Notes: generated from the letters alone by a model not told the origin. 64,000 nt of DNA from Candidatus Aegiribacteria sp. (GCA_030610085.1 JAUWSL010000001.1:2740-66739), one strand, 5' to 3'; positions 1 through 9,593 are shown, counted from the first letter of the stretch. Translations and numbers: made by a program.

Positions 1-654
1 TTCGGATTCCTGAACCTCTAACTCCTCTATTTTCACTGTGTTTCTTACTATCCTGGAGGGTGTTCCTGTTTTGAAGCGTTCCACGTGAAACATTCTTTTC
101 ACCAGATCTTTTTCCAGTGAATCAGCGGAAATATCTCCTATTCGCCCTCCTTTCCAGTGTTCATCCCCCCTGAACAGCCTTCCTTTGAGGAATGTTCCGG
201 CTGCGATCACTACAGTTTTACCTTTGATGCTTCCGTTCTTTCTGCATCTTACTCCGGCTACTTTTGCTGTTGAGCCCTCGAGTGCTGTTACCTCGTCCTC
301 AAGAATCTCTATTCGGTTATTCCCTATACATAACTGCTGTGCTCTCGCATACTCCGCTGCATCGGACTGAACCCTTGGCCCCCATACTGCAGGACCTTTT
401 CTTCTGTTCAGCATTCTGAAATGCAGCCTTGTGGCATCTGCCGACCTCGCCATCGATCCGTCAAGCGCGTCGATCTCCCGTACAATTGTGCCCTTTGCTA
501 TTCCTCCTATTGCAGGGTTACAGGACATCTCACCAATGCGGCGTGTATTTGCCGATATCAGAACGACGCTGCAGCCTGTTCTCCGGGCTGCAAGCGCCGC
601 TTCTATCCCAGCATGACCTCCTCCTATAACTATTACATCCCACTCTTCCTTCAT
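1..654 (-). CDS. mnmG: tRNA uridine 5-carboxymethylaminomethyl modification enzyme MnmG (GidA), N-terminal part; the gene continues past the window edge
   Basis: Reverse-strand translation from the ATG at 654 reads MKEEWDVIVIGGGHAGIEAALAA... This is the FAD-binding GxGxxG N-terminus typical of GidA. The start overlaps the mnmE stop (ATGA). The ORF track missed it because there is no stop in the window. Confidence 0.85.
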   Translation of the reverse strand, partial: MKEEWDVIVIGGGHAGIEAALAARRTGCSVVLISANTRRIGEMSCNPAIGGIAKGTIVREIDALDGSMARSADATRLHFRMLNRRKGPAVWGPRVQSDAAEYARAQQLCIGNNRIEILEDEVTALEGSTAKVAGVRCRKNGSIKGKTVVIAAGTFLKGRLFRGDEHWKGGRIGDISADSLEKDLVKRMFHVERFKTGTPSRIVRNTVKIEELEVQESE

Positions 655-1910
655 TTTCCCACACACATACCTGCCAGAGCTCTTTCGACGCTCAGCTGTA
701 TATTCTCTCCCCTGCCGATTATTCTTCTTGCCTCGATCTCAGCCTCACTCAGGAGTTCTGCTGCCAGATCATACTCCTTCAAAGAGATAAAATTATACGA
801 TTCTTTTACACTCTCTTCTATCCTCTTTGCAGCACAGGACAGAGACATGCTTCCGGGAACTCTTGATATTATTTCCCTCAGCTCCTCTATGCCCTCTCCG
901 GAAACGGATGATACGTTCAGAATCTGTTCTGTTTCAGGTTTGTTCTTCAAATCGCTCTTTGCTGCGATCTCTATTATCTCGCCGGCCTTTTCCCGTATCT
1001 TCTCGGTGGGAGCGGTTCTTCCTCCCTCCGACATCCATATTATCCTGTCCGTTCCGTGAAGGCCATTGATAACAGCTTCCGATGCTGTCCTGTCCAGTCC
1101 GATGCCGTCGTTACCCGCTGTATCACATAGCTGTATCCTTCTTCCGCGTACTTCAAGAAAACAGCTTGAACCATCACGAGTAGTACCTGGTTCATCCGAG
1201 ACGAGTGCTCCGCTCTTTCCTGTCAAGACATTGAAAAGAGTTGATTTTCCTGAGTTTATAGGACCCATTATCATTACTCGGGAACTCTTTTCAATGGATG
1301 CGGCTTCTTCCCTGAAATCTTTCGCGCTGGTCATCAATTCGGTGAAAACGTTTTGAATACTCTCATCTTCTTCATTCAGATGTGTTTCACCGAATTCAAT
1401 ATTACCCTCTATCATTTCTCTTGCTTTTTCTATTTCTCTCATCAATTTCCTGCAGTTTTTTTCCGTTTCCCCTGTAAATACGCTCCGGTCCTTCTCCGTA
1501 TCCCATAACGCCGCAAGTGCTATGATCTGAACAGCACTCAGCCTTCCGTTACCGAACGCCCTTCTTGCGAATTCACCCGGTTCTGCTCTCCTGGCCCCTT
1601 CTTTAATAAGTATTTCAATTATTGCCCTGACTGATCCCGGAATTCCATGACAGATGATCTCAACCATTTCCTCGGCGGTAAAGCTTTTTCCTTCCGGCCA
1701 CGAAACGGCCACAACTTCGTCAACGGTCCGACCGCCCTCAAAGATTCTTCCAACTTTTCTTCTCATTCCTCTAAGCCGGTTCTTTTTGAGGGACATGATC
1801 TTTTCTATAAGCTGGAAAGATCCTTTTCCGCTTACCCTTATGACCGAAAGCGCGGATGTTCCCTCTGGTGTCGCAACGGCACAGATGATTTCAGGTGAGA
1901 TTGAATCCAT
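651..1910 (-). CDS. mnmE: tRNA modification GTPase MnmE (TrmE)
   Basis: The G-domain P-loop GPINSGKSTL and a DTAG motif are present. The C-terminus ends in the hallmark CVGK (CxGK) motif. The gene sits next to mnmG and yidC, as conserved. Confidence 0.9.
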   Translation of the reverse strand: MDSISPEIICAVATPEGTSALSVIRVSGKGSFQLIEKIMSLKKNRLRGMRRKVGRIFEGGRTVDEVVAVSWPEGKSFTAEEMVEIICHGIPGSVRAIIEILIKEGARRAEPGEFARRAFGNGRLSAVQIIALAALWDTEKDRSVFTGETEKNCRKLMREIEKAREMIEGNIEFGETHLNEEDESIQNVFTELMTSAKDFREEAASIEKSSRVMIMGPINSGKSTLFNVLTGKSGALVSDEPGTTRDGSSCFLEVRGRRIQLCDTAGNDGIGLDRTASEAVINGLHGTDRIIWMSEGGRTAPTEKIREKAGEIIEIAAKSDLKNKPETEQILNVSSVSGEGIEELREIISRVPGSMSLSCAAKRIEESVKESYNFISLKEYDLAAELLSEAEIEARRIIGRGENIQLSVERALAGMCVGK

Positions 1911-1948
1911 GTCCTACTTCTCCTGCAAAACGTACTTATCGGGAACTC

Positions 1949-3538
1949 TTAGTTGTTTCCGGTCTCAAGTTTTTTCTTGATAAGCTGCTGCTGCCAGATT
2001 GTCAGCAGACTGTTCATAAACCAGTACATGGTAAGACCAGCGGGGAATCTCATGAAGAGGAATGTCATGACTATCGGCATCATGTACATCATACCCTTCT
2101 GGTTCTGATCGGTCATTGTCATTTTCTGCTGAAGGAACATCGTTATCCCCATAAGAAGAGCAAGTATGCCTATGCCGTGAAGCCCCAGAATGGGTGTCTG
2201 GAACGGGATCAGGATTTCCGGTTTTGACAGATCACTGATCCATAATATGAATGGTGCTCCCCGGAGCTGTACCGAATTGGCCAGAACACGGTACAGAGCA
2301 AAGAACACCGGCATCTGCATGATAAGCGGAAGGCATCCTCCCAGCGGGTTCACGCCCTCTTCTTTGTATAGTTTCTGCATTGCGCTCTGCAGTGCCTTCG
2401 GATCGTTTTTGTACTTCTCCTGCAGTTCCTTCATTTTTGGCTGTACCTGCTTCAGCATAGCCATTGATTTGAAGCTCTTCGTTGTAAGCGGCATAAGTAC
2501 AAGTTTAAGCACTATCGACAGCAGAATTATCTTTATTCCCCAGTTGCTGACGAATGAAATCACAGACGTACAGAACCAGAAAAGCAGTCTTCCTATATCC
2601 CGTATTATCGGCCAGCCGAAGTCAACCAGTCTGCTGGTATCCCTGCCGAGTGCCCTCAGTCTTCCGTATTCAAGGGGACCGGCGAAGATGAATATCTTGT
2701 TATCCTGTAATCCTATTGATGGTGATTCGTCTTCTTCCGAAGCGAAAAGATATCCATATGCCCTGTCGTAGGATTGCGGCATCATAATAATCGCGAAGTA
2801 CTGCGATCTAACCGCTATCCACTCTACATTACCGACCTGGACATCCCCGGTTATATCATTGGATCCTCTGCTCTTGACTTTTTCCGCGTTCCACTGTGCC
2901 TTAAAATATCTTGTGACGTTGGAATTCATTTCACTTATCGGCAGTATTCCCCCGTTAAGCACTGCTATTTCATCTAATCCTTCTGTTTCATATAGGAAGC
3001 CGTACTGCCCTGGTGTGAAGGTATATGTGATCTCTCCATCTCCCGAAGGATCTGTTAGTATCAGCGACTGCGGAATTTCATTCACCAGAATTGTATCTTC
3101 TGATGATGTCTCGTAATTCGTACTATTCCTGATCCAGCTGTTCCCGTCGAAGTTTATGCTTTCTCCGTTTCCGGCACCCGGCATATCCTCGTACTGCGGA
3201 AGTTTCCAGCCTGTTACGGTTCCTCCTGCTGTTGAAATATCTGCCTCGACTATTATTTCATCGTCATCATATATGATTACTTTAATTAATCTTTCTTCAA
3301 GTAATATTTCGTCTGTGTCTGTATCATGTACCTTGACAGATGTCAGTTCATCGCTTTCTTTATCAACAATCGTGGTATCTTCGACTGACAGCTGCTGTTC
3401 CTGCTGTACATATTCCGTAGCCTGCGGCGTATTCTGCGAATTATCGTCCGATGTAGATTTCCCCATGAACTGCCAGCTGATAAACAGCACCGCTGCCATT
3501 AAAACAGCAGCCAGAAGGAGCCTCTTTTGATCACTCAT
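1949..3538 (-). CDS. yidC: membrane protein insertase YidC
   Basis: The 529-aa protein has an N-terminal signal anchor, a large periplasmic domain and a C-terminal conserved 5-TM core (…PLGGCLPLIMQMPVFFALYRVL…). It lies in the canonical position between yidD and mnmE. Confidence 0.9.
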   Translation of the reverse strand: MSDQKRLLLAAVLMAAVLFISWQFMGKSTSDDNSQNTPQATEYVQQEQQLSVEDTTIVDKESDELTSVKVHDTDTDEILLEERLIKVIIYDDDEIIVEADISTAGGTVTGWKLPQYEDMPGAGNGESINFDGNSWIRNSTNYETSSEDTILVNEIPQSLILTDPSGDGEITYTFTPGQYGFLYETEGLDEIAVLNGGILPISEMNSNVTRYFKAQWNAEKVKSRGSNDITGDVQVGNVEWIAVRSQYFAIIMMPQSYDRAYGYLFASEEDESPSIGLQDNKIFIFAGPLEYGRLRALGRDTSRLVDFGWPIIRDIGRLLFWFCTSVISFVSNWGIKIILLSIVLKLVLMPLTTKSFKSMAMLKQVQPKMKELQEKYKNDPKALQSAMQKLYKEEGVNPLGGCLPLIMQMPVFFALYRVLANSVQLRGAPFILWISDLSKPEILIPFQTPILGLHGIGILALLMGITMFLQQKMTMTDQNQKGMMYMMPIVMTFLFMRFPAGLTMYWFMNSLLTIWQQQLIKKKLETGNN

Positions 3539-3798
3539 TTACGGTTCTCCCATTTGTCCGGAACAGGGTCATATCCGCCTTCTCTAAATGGATGGCATCG
3601 GAGGAGGCGCAGTGCGGCGAGTCTCAATCCCCTGATGGCTCCGTACCTCCTTATAGCGGTTTCCGCATAAACGCTGCACGTTGGCGTATAAATGCAGCTC
3701 GATGGAAACACTGGCGATATGAATCTCCTGTATCCCTTGATTGTACCTATGAGTAAAGATTCTGTTGCTTTTTTAATTCTGCAGTCTCTTTGACTCAT
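3535..3798 (-). CDS. yidD: membrane protein insertion efficiency factor YidD
   Basis: It carries the conserved YidD motif ISPVFPSSCIYTPTCSVYAETAIRRYG…RLLRCHPFREGGYDPVP. Its stop is coupled to the yidC start. The true start may be internal. Confidence 0.85.
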   Translation of the reverse strand: MSQRDCRIKKATESLLIGTIKGYRRFISPVFPSSCIYTPTCSVYAETAIRRYGAIRGLRLAALRLLRCHPFREGGYDPVPDKWENRK

Positions 3799-4147
3799 CG
3801 ATGTTTTCTTTTCTGCAGGTATCGTTTTCGATCATGAACATCAGCTTTTCAAAATCCTTGCGTATATCCATCCATCTTGCATCCTGCAGTTTTCCAGATG
3901 GTAATATAACTATATCGGCTCCGACCCTTTTTTTGTTCAGTCCTGTCAGACCCTTGATTCTTCTTCTCATAAGATTTCTTTTTACAGCGTTTCCGCTTCT
4001 GGCGGAAAGTGAAAACCCCAGACGTATATTGCCCAGGGTATTCTTTATGTATACTGCCCTGAATGATACACCCCTGAAAGCCTTACCTTTTCTGAAAACT
4101 CTTCGGAACTGGTAACCTTTCTTCAGGGTTCCCTCTATACTTCTCAG
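3773..4147 (-). CDS. rnpA: ribonuclease P protein component; the 5' end is uncertain and the ORF-track start at 4288 is an artefact that runs through rpmH
   Basis: The basic protein contains …[27 protein letters not shown]… and sits downstream of rpmH and upstream of yidD. The track's N-terminal extension overlaps rpmH in another frame. The likely start is a non-ATG codon near 4147. Confidence 0.7.
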   Translation of the reverse strand: MRSIEGTLKKGYQFRRVFRKGKAFRGVSFRAVYIKNTLGNIRLGFSLSARSGNAVKRNLMRRRIKGLTGLNKKRVGADIVILPSGKLQDARWMDIRKDFEKLMFMIENDTCRKENIDESKRLQN

Positions 4148-4278
4148 GGAATCAACTGCTTTCTTCCCTTTCTCCTTCTTGCGTTGAGCGTTCTTCGGCC
4201 GCTCTTCGTCGACATTCTCTTCCGGAAACCATGTCTTCTTGCCTTTGACAGGTTGCTTGGCTGGTAGGTTCTTTTCAT
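4144..4278 (-). CDS. rpmH: 50S ribosomal protein L34
   Basis: The ORF track missed it. The +1 frame relative to the extended rnpA ORF reads ATG(4278)…[44 protein letters not shown] followed by a stop. This is a near-canonical 44-aa L34 sequence. Confidence 0.9.
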   Translation of the reverse strand: MKRTYQPSNLSKARRHGFRKRMSTKSGRRTLNARRRKGRKQLIP

Positions 4279-4600
4279 TAATCATCACTCTTTCCTGAAA
4301 ACTCGCCTTGACGGCGGCGTGATTACTGCATCAGTTTCAACAGTCAGGTAAATATTTATCTCTGGAGTCAACGATTGTGGAAGTTAGCCAATATAATCAT
4401 TTATGTCAAGTATTTGGGACTACTCAATGTTCCCTCACCGAGGTTTTCAACAGTGAGCGTTTGCCTGATGTTCAGTTTTTACATAAGTTTATATGTTTCA
4501 TTAAGTTAGCTTATATTATATTTGTTGATATCCTTGTGGATAAACACTGTTGTTTACTGCATACTATTACTTTAGGCTATTGCAATTGATTGGACAACCA
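4279..4600. promoter_or_regulatory. rpmH-dnaA divergent intergenic region; dnaA promoter or oriC-associated region with one perfect DnaA box and an AT-rich tract
   Basis: A perfect DnaA box TGTGGATAA (reverse of TTATCCACA) lies at 4535-4543, about 60 nt upstream of the dnaA ATG. An AT-rich stretch lies at about 4470-4530 (tttttacataagtttatatgtttcattaagttagcttatattatatttgttgatat). Confidence 0.6.
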
Positions 4601-5944
4601 ATGGAATCTTTTAATCCCTCAGACCTGTGGAACCTCTGCCTTGCGGAGGCAGAAAAAAGACTCGAAGCAACCGAATTCGAAGCATGGCTGAAAGACTCAA
4701 CCTACGAAGACATCAACGGTACCAGGCTTGTTATAAGGTTCAGAAACTCATTTGTCGCAGGACATGTTAAATCGCGCTTCGGAGAGATGCTGGATGATAT
4801 TATCCGTAATCTCTCGGGAACGAGCGAACTTGCCCTTCAATTCGTAGGTGACCCAGCCGATCCAGGTCCCTCAGGCACTGAAAGGATTGTTTCGGGGACT
4901 TCTTCGTCTTCTTCCGATTCAACCTTCCTACGTTCCAACTATACTTTTAAACACTTTGTCGTAGGCCCCAGTAATCAGCTGGCCCATGCGGGGGCTCTTG
5001 CAGTCAGTCGTGATATCGGTTCCACAAACTACAATCCTCTTTTCGTATACGGTGGTGTCGGCCTCGGAAAAACTCACCTTATCCAGGCAATCGCACACTA
5101 TCTGAGACAGGAAGGGTCAAAGAGAACTTTCAAGTACCTGTCCACTGAATTTCTTGTAGCAACTTTCATCAAAAGTGTACTTCAGTCGGATTTTACCAGG
5201 TTCAACAGGCTTTTCCATGATATCGATTACCTTCTAATAGACGACATACAGTTTCTGAAAGGAAAAGTCGAAACGCAGGAGGCGTTCTTCCACCGTTTCA
5301 ATGAACTTCACCAGCATGGTAAACAGATAGTCCTAACATCAGACAGGCCACCGCACGAACTTCAGGATCTTCCTGAAAGACTTATCAGCCGTTTTCAGTC
5401 AGGGCTTGTTGCTGATATTAAACCACCTGAATACGAAACCCGTCTTGCGATACTGCACCTTCTGGTAAGAGACGAAGAACTTGAAGTGAGCCAGGATGTG
5501 CTTGATTTCATCGCTTCTTCCATAAGGAAGAACGTCAGGCAGCTGTCTGGTGTAATCCATAGACTTGCAGCAATGTCAAGGCTTACAGGATGCAGCATAG
5601 ACATGGATCTTGCCCAGAAAGAGATCCGTTCCTCTCTCGGAACTATTACAAGAAGGCTTACACCTGGAAACATTACTTCTATTGTTGCAGAAAGTTTTGA
5701 TGTTTCTCCAAGCCAGCTTAAGGGAAGACAGCGGAAGCACAGTGTTCTGATTCCCAGACAGGTATCAATGTCACTTATTCGTGAACTTACTTCCATGTCT
5801 CTCACGGAAATAGGTTCTTTCTTTTCTGGAAGAGATCACTCTACTGTTCTGAATTCCATTGACAGAATAGCAGAACTCAAAGAAAAAACACCGGATCTTG
5901 AACGAAAGATCGCTGAAATAAGACGTAAACTTATTTCAATCTGA
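4601..5944 (+). CDS. dnaA: chromosomal replication initiator protein DnaA
   Basis: The AAA+ Walker A motif GGVGLGKTHL is present. The C-terminal DNA-binding domain reads …LKGRQRKHSVLIPRQVSMSLIRELTSMSLTEIGSFFSGRDHSTVLNS…. I prefer the ATG at 4601 (MESFNPSDLWN…) over the track's TTG at 4550. Confidence 0.93.
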   Translation: MESFNPSDLWNLCLAEAEKRLEATEFEAWLKDSTYEDINGTRLVIRFRNSFVAGHVKSRFGEMLDDIIRNLSGTSELALQFVGDPADPGPSGTERIVSGTSSSSSDSTFLRSNYTFKHFVVGPSNQLAHAGALAVSRDIGSTNYNPLFVYGGVGLGKTHLIQAIAHYLRQEGSKRTFKYLSTEFLVATFIKSVLQSDFTRFNRLFHDIDYLLIDDIQFLKGKVETQEAFFHRFNELHQHGKQIVLTSDRPPHELQDLPERLISRFQSGLVADIKPPEYETRLAILHLLVRDEELEVSQDVLDFIASSIRKNVRQLSGVIHRLAAMSRLTGCSIDMDLAQKEIRSSLGTITRRLTPGNITSIVAESFDVSPSQLKGRQRKHSVLIPRQVSMSLIRELTSMSLTEIGSFFSGRDHSTVLNSIDRIAELKEKTPDLERKIAEIRRKLISI

Positions 5945-6179
5945 TACTGTTGATTTTTCCTCTTTCAGTTGTGTAAAACTGTCAGTTACGGGTAGTAAAG
6001 GGTATTATAAAATTAACACTTGTGGAAAAGTCTTATTTTGTTATCAGGTTATCAACAAAAGTTGCACACGAACATTTCGCTCATATCTTTCTTGCATGTG
6101 ACATGTCCACATATCCACATGTATAATAACTATCATTATTGTTCTAAATTAATGTATTTATAAAGCTGGAGGAAATCCC
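5945..6179. promoter_or_regulatory. dnaA-dnaN intergenic oriC candidate with several DnaA-box-like 9-mers and an AT-rich unwinding-element-like tract
   Basis: The boxes are TGTGGAAAA at 6021-6029, TTATCAACA at 6049-6057, ATGTCCACA at 6103-6111 and ATATCCACA at 6111-6119. An AT-rich tract follows at 6121-6166 (gtataataactatcattattgttctaaattaatgtatttataaag), then a GGAGGA Shine-Dalgarno sequence before dnaN. Confidence 0.55.
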
Positions 6180-7301
6180 ATGATTCAACTTCTTGTCAAC
6201 CAATCCGACTTGCTTAAAGGTCTTAATTGTGTTGCCACAGCCCTCCCTACCAGAAGCAGTCTGCCATATCTTACTAATGTTCTTCTTGAAACCGAAGGAG
6301 AGAACCTTCGATTATCTGCAACCGATCTTGATACTACTGTTATTACAACGATACCAGCATCTGTAACTACATCAGGATCAATAACACTACCCGGAAAAAA
6401 ATTGCACGAGATAATCCGTGAACTTTCTGAAGAAGAAGTTCGTTTAAGTGGTACGGGTAATAGAATTACAATAAGCTGCGGGAACGGTTCTTTCACGCTT
6501 AGCGGTAACTCCAGCGAGCAGTTTCCATCCCTTCCATCAAAAAGCGGTGTTGAACCTGCATCCGTTCCAGTAGATGTTTTTTCCGACGCTATAAGAAAAA
6601 CTTCGTATGCAGTTGCAAGGGACGATTACAGGGCAACGCTGAACGGGGCTCTTCTCGATATTGGTGAAAATGGATTTGAGATGGTGGCTACAGATGGTCA
6701 CAGATTAAGCTGTATTACCCTTGGCAGTATATCTTCAGCAGTTAATATCAATGCACTTGTCACTCAGAAAGCTCTGAACCTCTTCGCAAAATTATCCACT
6801 AAGGATGATGTTCTTATCAGGTTCAAAGGATCACAGATCTCTTTTGAATTCGGTGATACGATTATATTCAGCAGAACTATTGATGGTGAATATCCTCCAT
6901 ACAGAAAAGTTATACCGCAGGACAACGATTGTATTCTTTCCACGGACAGAGAAGATCTTATATCCGTTCTTCGAAGGGTCAAGACAATGGCGAATCCCAC
7001 GACTCATCAGATCAAATTCTCACTTGAAAAGGACAAGGTTCTTGTTCATACGGAGAGTGCTGATGCTGGTGATGCCCAGGAAGACCTTACGGCGGAGTAC
7101 AAAGGCAGACCGTTCCATATAGGTTTCAATGGCAATTTCCTTATGGAAATACTTCGTAATATGAGTTGCGAAAGAATTGTACTTAAGATGAAAGACAGCA
7201 ATACGGCTGTTGTGATCAATGATGAGAAGGAAACGGATGGTTCCGACTCATACATTGCGCTCATAATGCCTGTTAAGTTGTCAAAGGCAGCAGAAGAGTA
7301 G
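6180..7301 (+). CDS. dnaN: DNA polymerase III beta sliding clamp
   Basis: The protein is 373 aa and lies immediately downstream of dnaA. The N-terminus MIQLLVNQSDLLKGLNCVATALPTRSSLPYLTNVLLE fits the three-domain beta-clamp pattern. Confidence 0.92.
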   Translation: MIQLLVNQSDLLKGLNCVATALPTRSSLPYLTNVLLETEGENLRLSATDLDTTVITTIPASVTTSGSITLPGKKLHEIIRELSEEEVRLSGTGNRITISCGNGSFTLSGNSSEQFPSLPSKSGVEPASVPVDVFSDAIRKTSYAVARDDYRATLNGALLDIGENGFEMVATDGHRLSCITLGSISSAVNINALVTQKALNLFAKLSTKDDVLIRFKGSQISFEFGDTIIFSRTIDGEYPPYRKVIPQDNDCILSTDREDLISVLRRVKTMANPTTHQIKFSLEKDKVLVHTESADAGDAQEDLTAEYKGRPFHIGFNGNFLMEILRNMSCERIVLKMKDSNTAVVINDEKETDGSDSYIALIMPVKLSKAAEE

Positions 7302-7314
7302 TATCTGGATCAAT

Positions 7315-7590
7315 GTGAGAAAGATCGACAGTCTGATACATGATGTCCTTGATAATTTTCAACTCGATGAGTATCAGAAAAGGAATCGTGTCATGTTGCT
7401 GTGGGAAAACATCATCGGAGAGGAACTTGCCGCCTTCGTAAGACCAGTGGGTTTCGAAGGCTCCGTACTCCTTCTTAAAATAATTCATCCCGCGGCATCA
7501 ATGGAGTTCAGGCTGAGAAAAAAAGAAGTGCTGCTCAAGCTGAATTCAGTATGGAACGAAGATCTCTTTACTGATATAAGAACAGTATAG
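7315..7590 (+). CDS. DUF721 (DciA-like) small protein
   Basis: The 91-aa protein sits between dnaN and gyrB. It matches the DUF721 pattern W-x-x-I-[IV]-G-x-x-L-A…G-x-L-x-[VL]…EL…L-[NR]: LLWENIIGEELAAFVRPVGFEGSVLLLKIIHPAASMEFRLRKKEVLLKLN. Confidence 0.6.
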   Translation: MRKIDSLIHDVLDNFQLDEYQKRNRVMLLWENIIGEELAAFVRPVGFEGSVLLLKIIHPAASMEFRLRKKEVLLKLNSVWNEDLFTDIRTV

Positions 7591-7615
7591 TTGAGAACGG
7601 CGGAAGGTAAACAGT

Positions 7616-9541
7616 TTGACCGGTAATAATAAGAACTATGACGCTGACTCGATCAAAGTTCTAAAAGGACTTGAACATGTCAGAAAAAGACCGAGTATGT
7701 ATATCGGCTCAACCTCACAGACCGGTCTTCACCACCTTGTCTGGGAGGTTGTTGACAACAGCATTGACGAGGCTCAGTCCGGCTTCTGCTCGCTGATAGA
7801 AGTGATTCTGCACGCCGACGGTTCGGTTTCCGTTAACGATAACGGCCGTGGAATTCCAATCGAAATGCACGAGAGCGGTAAAACGGCACTTGAAGTCGTT
7901 ATGACTACACTCCATGCGGGGGGGAAATTCGATAATACCGCTTACAAGACATCAGGAGGACTTCATGGTGTGGGAGTCAGCGTGGTTAACGCGTTGTCTG
8001 AATGGCTGACTGTTGAGGTTTATAAAGGTGGTAACACCTACAAACAGGGTTTCCTGCGCGGTGACCCTGAGGGACCGCAGGTTAAGAGCGGCAAAACGGA
8101 TCTTAGCGGAACAAGAATCAGGTTCATGCCGGATTATGAGCAGATATTCGAAACGTCGACACTGAATTTCGAAACCCTGTCCGGCAGACTGCGCGAGCTG
8201 GCGTATCTCAATAATGGTTTGAAACTCAATATTACCGATAAGAGGCACGAGAGCGCAGAAAGGCAGGAAGAATACTGCTTCGAAGGGGGCCTGAATTCTT
8301 TTGTGTCCTATATAAACGAAGCACATACTACTCTTCATGAACCCGTAAGAATAAGCGGAGAGTTCGAACTTGATGAAGATGGCCTTATAATTATCGATGT
8401 CGCGCTGCAATACAACAAAGCCTTCCAGGAAGATATATTTTCCTTTGTTAATAACATCAATACAATTGATGGCGGTACACACCTGTCTGGAATGAAATCG
8501 GCTCTCACCAGAACACTTAATGAATATGCGTCTGCAAACAACATGTTCAGCAACAAGGATGATTCCTTCTCGGGAAGTGACGTAAGAGAGGGGTTGGCGG
8601 CCGTAATCAGCGTTAAAATCCCCGATCCGCAGTTCGAGGGGCAGACAAAGACAAGGCTGGGAAACAGAAATGTTCAGGGTGCTGTACTTTCTCACGTCAG
8701 CAGGGGAATATCAACTTTCCTCGAGGAAAACCCCACGATTGCTCGAAACATCATTCAGAAATGCCTTCTTAATCACAGCTCCAGACAGGCAGCGAAGAAA
8801 GCAAGGGAGCTGACAAGAAGGAAATCAGCACTTGAAACCGCAGCCCTTCCCGGGAAGCTTGCTGACTGTACCGTGAACAACCCGGAGGAGGCCGAACTCT
8901 TTATAGTAGAGGGTAATTCGGCTGGAGGTTCTGCAAAACAGGGGCGTAACAGGCATTTCCAGGCCATCCTTCCCCTGAGGGGAAAGATCATCAACGTAGA
9001 GAAGGCACAGCTTGGGAAAGTTCTCCGGAACAACGAAATACGAACAATCATAACAGCGGCAGGAACGGGAATCGAAGAAGATTTTGATATAAGCAACCTC
9101 AGGTATCATAAAATCATAATAATGACTGACGCAGACGTTGACGGGTCCCACATCAGAACCCTGCTGCTTACATTCTTTTACAGGCATATGCCGGAACTTA
9201 TAGAAAACGGATACATCTACGTCGCTCAGCCGCCGCTGTACCTTATAAAGAAAGGAAGCTCAAAAAAATACGCATACAACGAGAAGGAGAGAAAGAAAAT
9301 CGTAAAGGAATTCGATAATACGGGTATTTCAATGCAAAGGTACAAAGGCCTCGGTGAAATGAACCCGGAGCAGTTATGGGCGACTACGATGGATCCCGAA
9401 AAGCGGGTTCTACTGAAGATAAGACTTGAAAACGTAATGCAGGCAAGTCATATTTTTTCAGTTCTCATGGGTGATGATGTCGAACCAAGGCGGGAATTCA
9501 TACAGCAGCATGCCGCTGATGTATTGAATCTTGATATATAG
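7616..9541 (+). CDS. gyrB: DNA gyrase subunit B
   Basis: The GHKL ATPase domain reads LHHLVWEVVDNSIDEA…GLHGVGVSVVNALS. The TOPRIM domain carries EGNSAGGSAKQGR and PLRGKIINV. The C-terminus reads …YKGLGEMNPEQLWATTMDP. The start is a non-ATG codon (TTG at 7616). Confidence 0.95.
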   Translation: MTGNNKNYDADSIKVLKGLEHVRKRPSMYIGSTSQTGLHHLVWEVVDNSIDEAQSGFCSLIEVILHADGSVSVNDNGRGIPIEMHESGKTALEVVMTTLHAGGKFDNTAYKTSGGLHGVGVSVVNALSEWLTVEVYKGGNTYKQGFLRGDPEGPQVKSGKTDLSGTRIRFMPDYEQIFETSTLNFETLSGRLRELAYLNNGLKLNITDKRHESAERQEEYCFEGGLNSFVSYINEAHTTLHEPVRISGEFELDEDGLIIIDVALQYNKAFQEDIFSFVNNINTIDGGTHLSGMKSALTRTLNEYASANNMFSNKDDSFSGSDVREGLAAVISVKIPDPQFEGQTKTRLGNRNVQGAVLSHVSRGISTFLEENPTIARNIIQKCLLNHSSRQAAKKARELTRRKSALETAALPGKLADCTVNNPEEAELFIVEGNSAGGSAKQGRNRHFQAILPLRGKIINVEKAQLGKVLRNNEIRTIITAAGTGIEEDFDISNLRYHKIIIMTDADVDGSHIRTLLLTFFYRHMPELIENGYIYVAQPPLYLIKKGSSKKYAYNEKERKKIVKEFDNTGISMQRYKGLGEMNPEQLWATTMDPEKRVLLKIRLENVMQASHIFSVLMGDDVEPRREFIQQHAADVLNLDI

Positions 9542-9593
9542 TGTCCTGTCAAGCACCAGAATGCCCTGTGAATAAAGTAGAAAGAAACCAGGC

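Noticed and set aside
185-1069. Plus-strand ORFs 185-370, 421-1059, 429-629, 431-616 and 827-1069
   Set aside because: They lie antisense to mnmG and mnmE, whose motifs (FAD-binding GxGxxG; P-loop plus C-terminal CxGK) are unambiguous on the minus strand. Their composition is Ser/Leu/Pro/Cys-rich, as is typical of antisense frames.
2190-3530. Plus-strand ORFs inside yidC (193 aa, 124 aa and others)
   Set aside because: They are antisense shadows of the well-supported yidC gene and have no motifs.
5395-5805. 136-aa minus-strand ORF inside dnaA
   Set aside because: It is antisense to the dnaA AAA+ and C-terminal domain. The dnaA reading frame is continuous and motif-rich.
7952-8695. 247-aa minus-strand ORF inside gyrB
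   Set aside because: It is fully contained antisense within gyrB. It is low-complexity and Cys/Phe-rich, with no homology signal.
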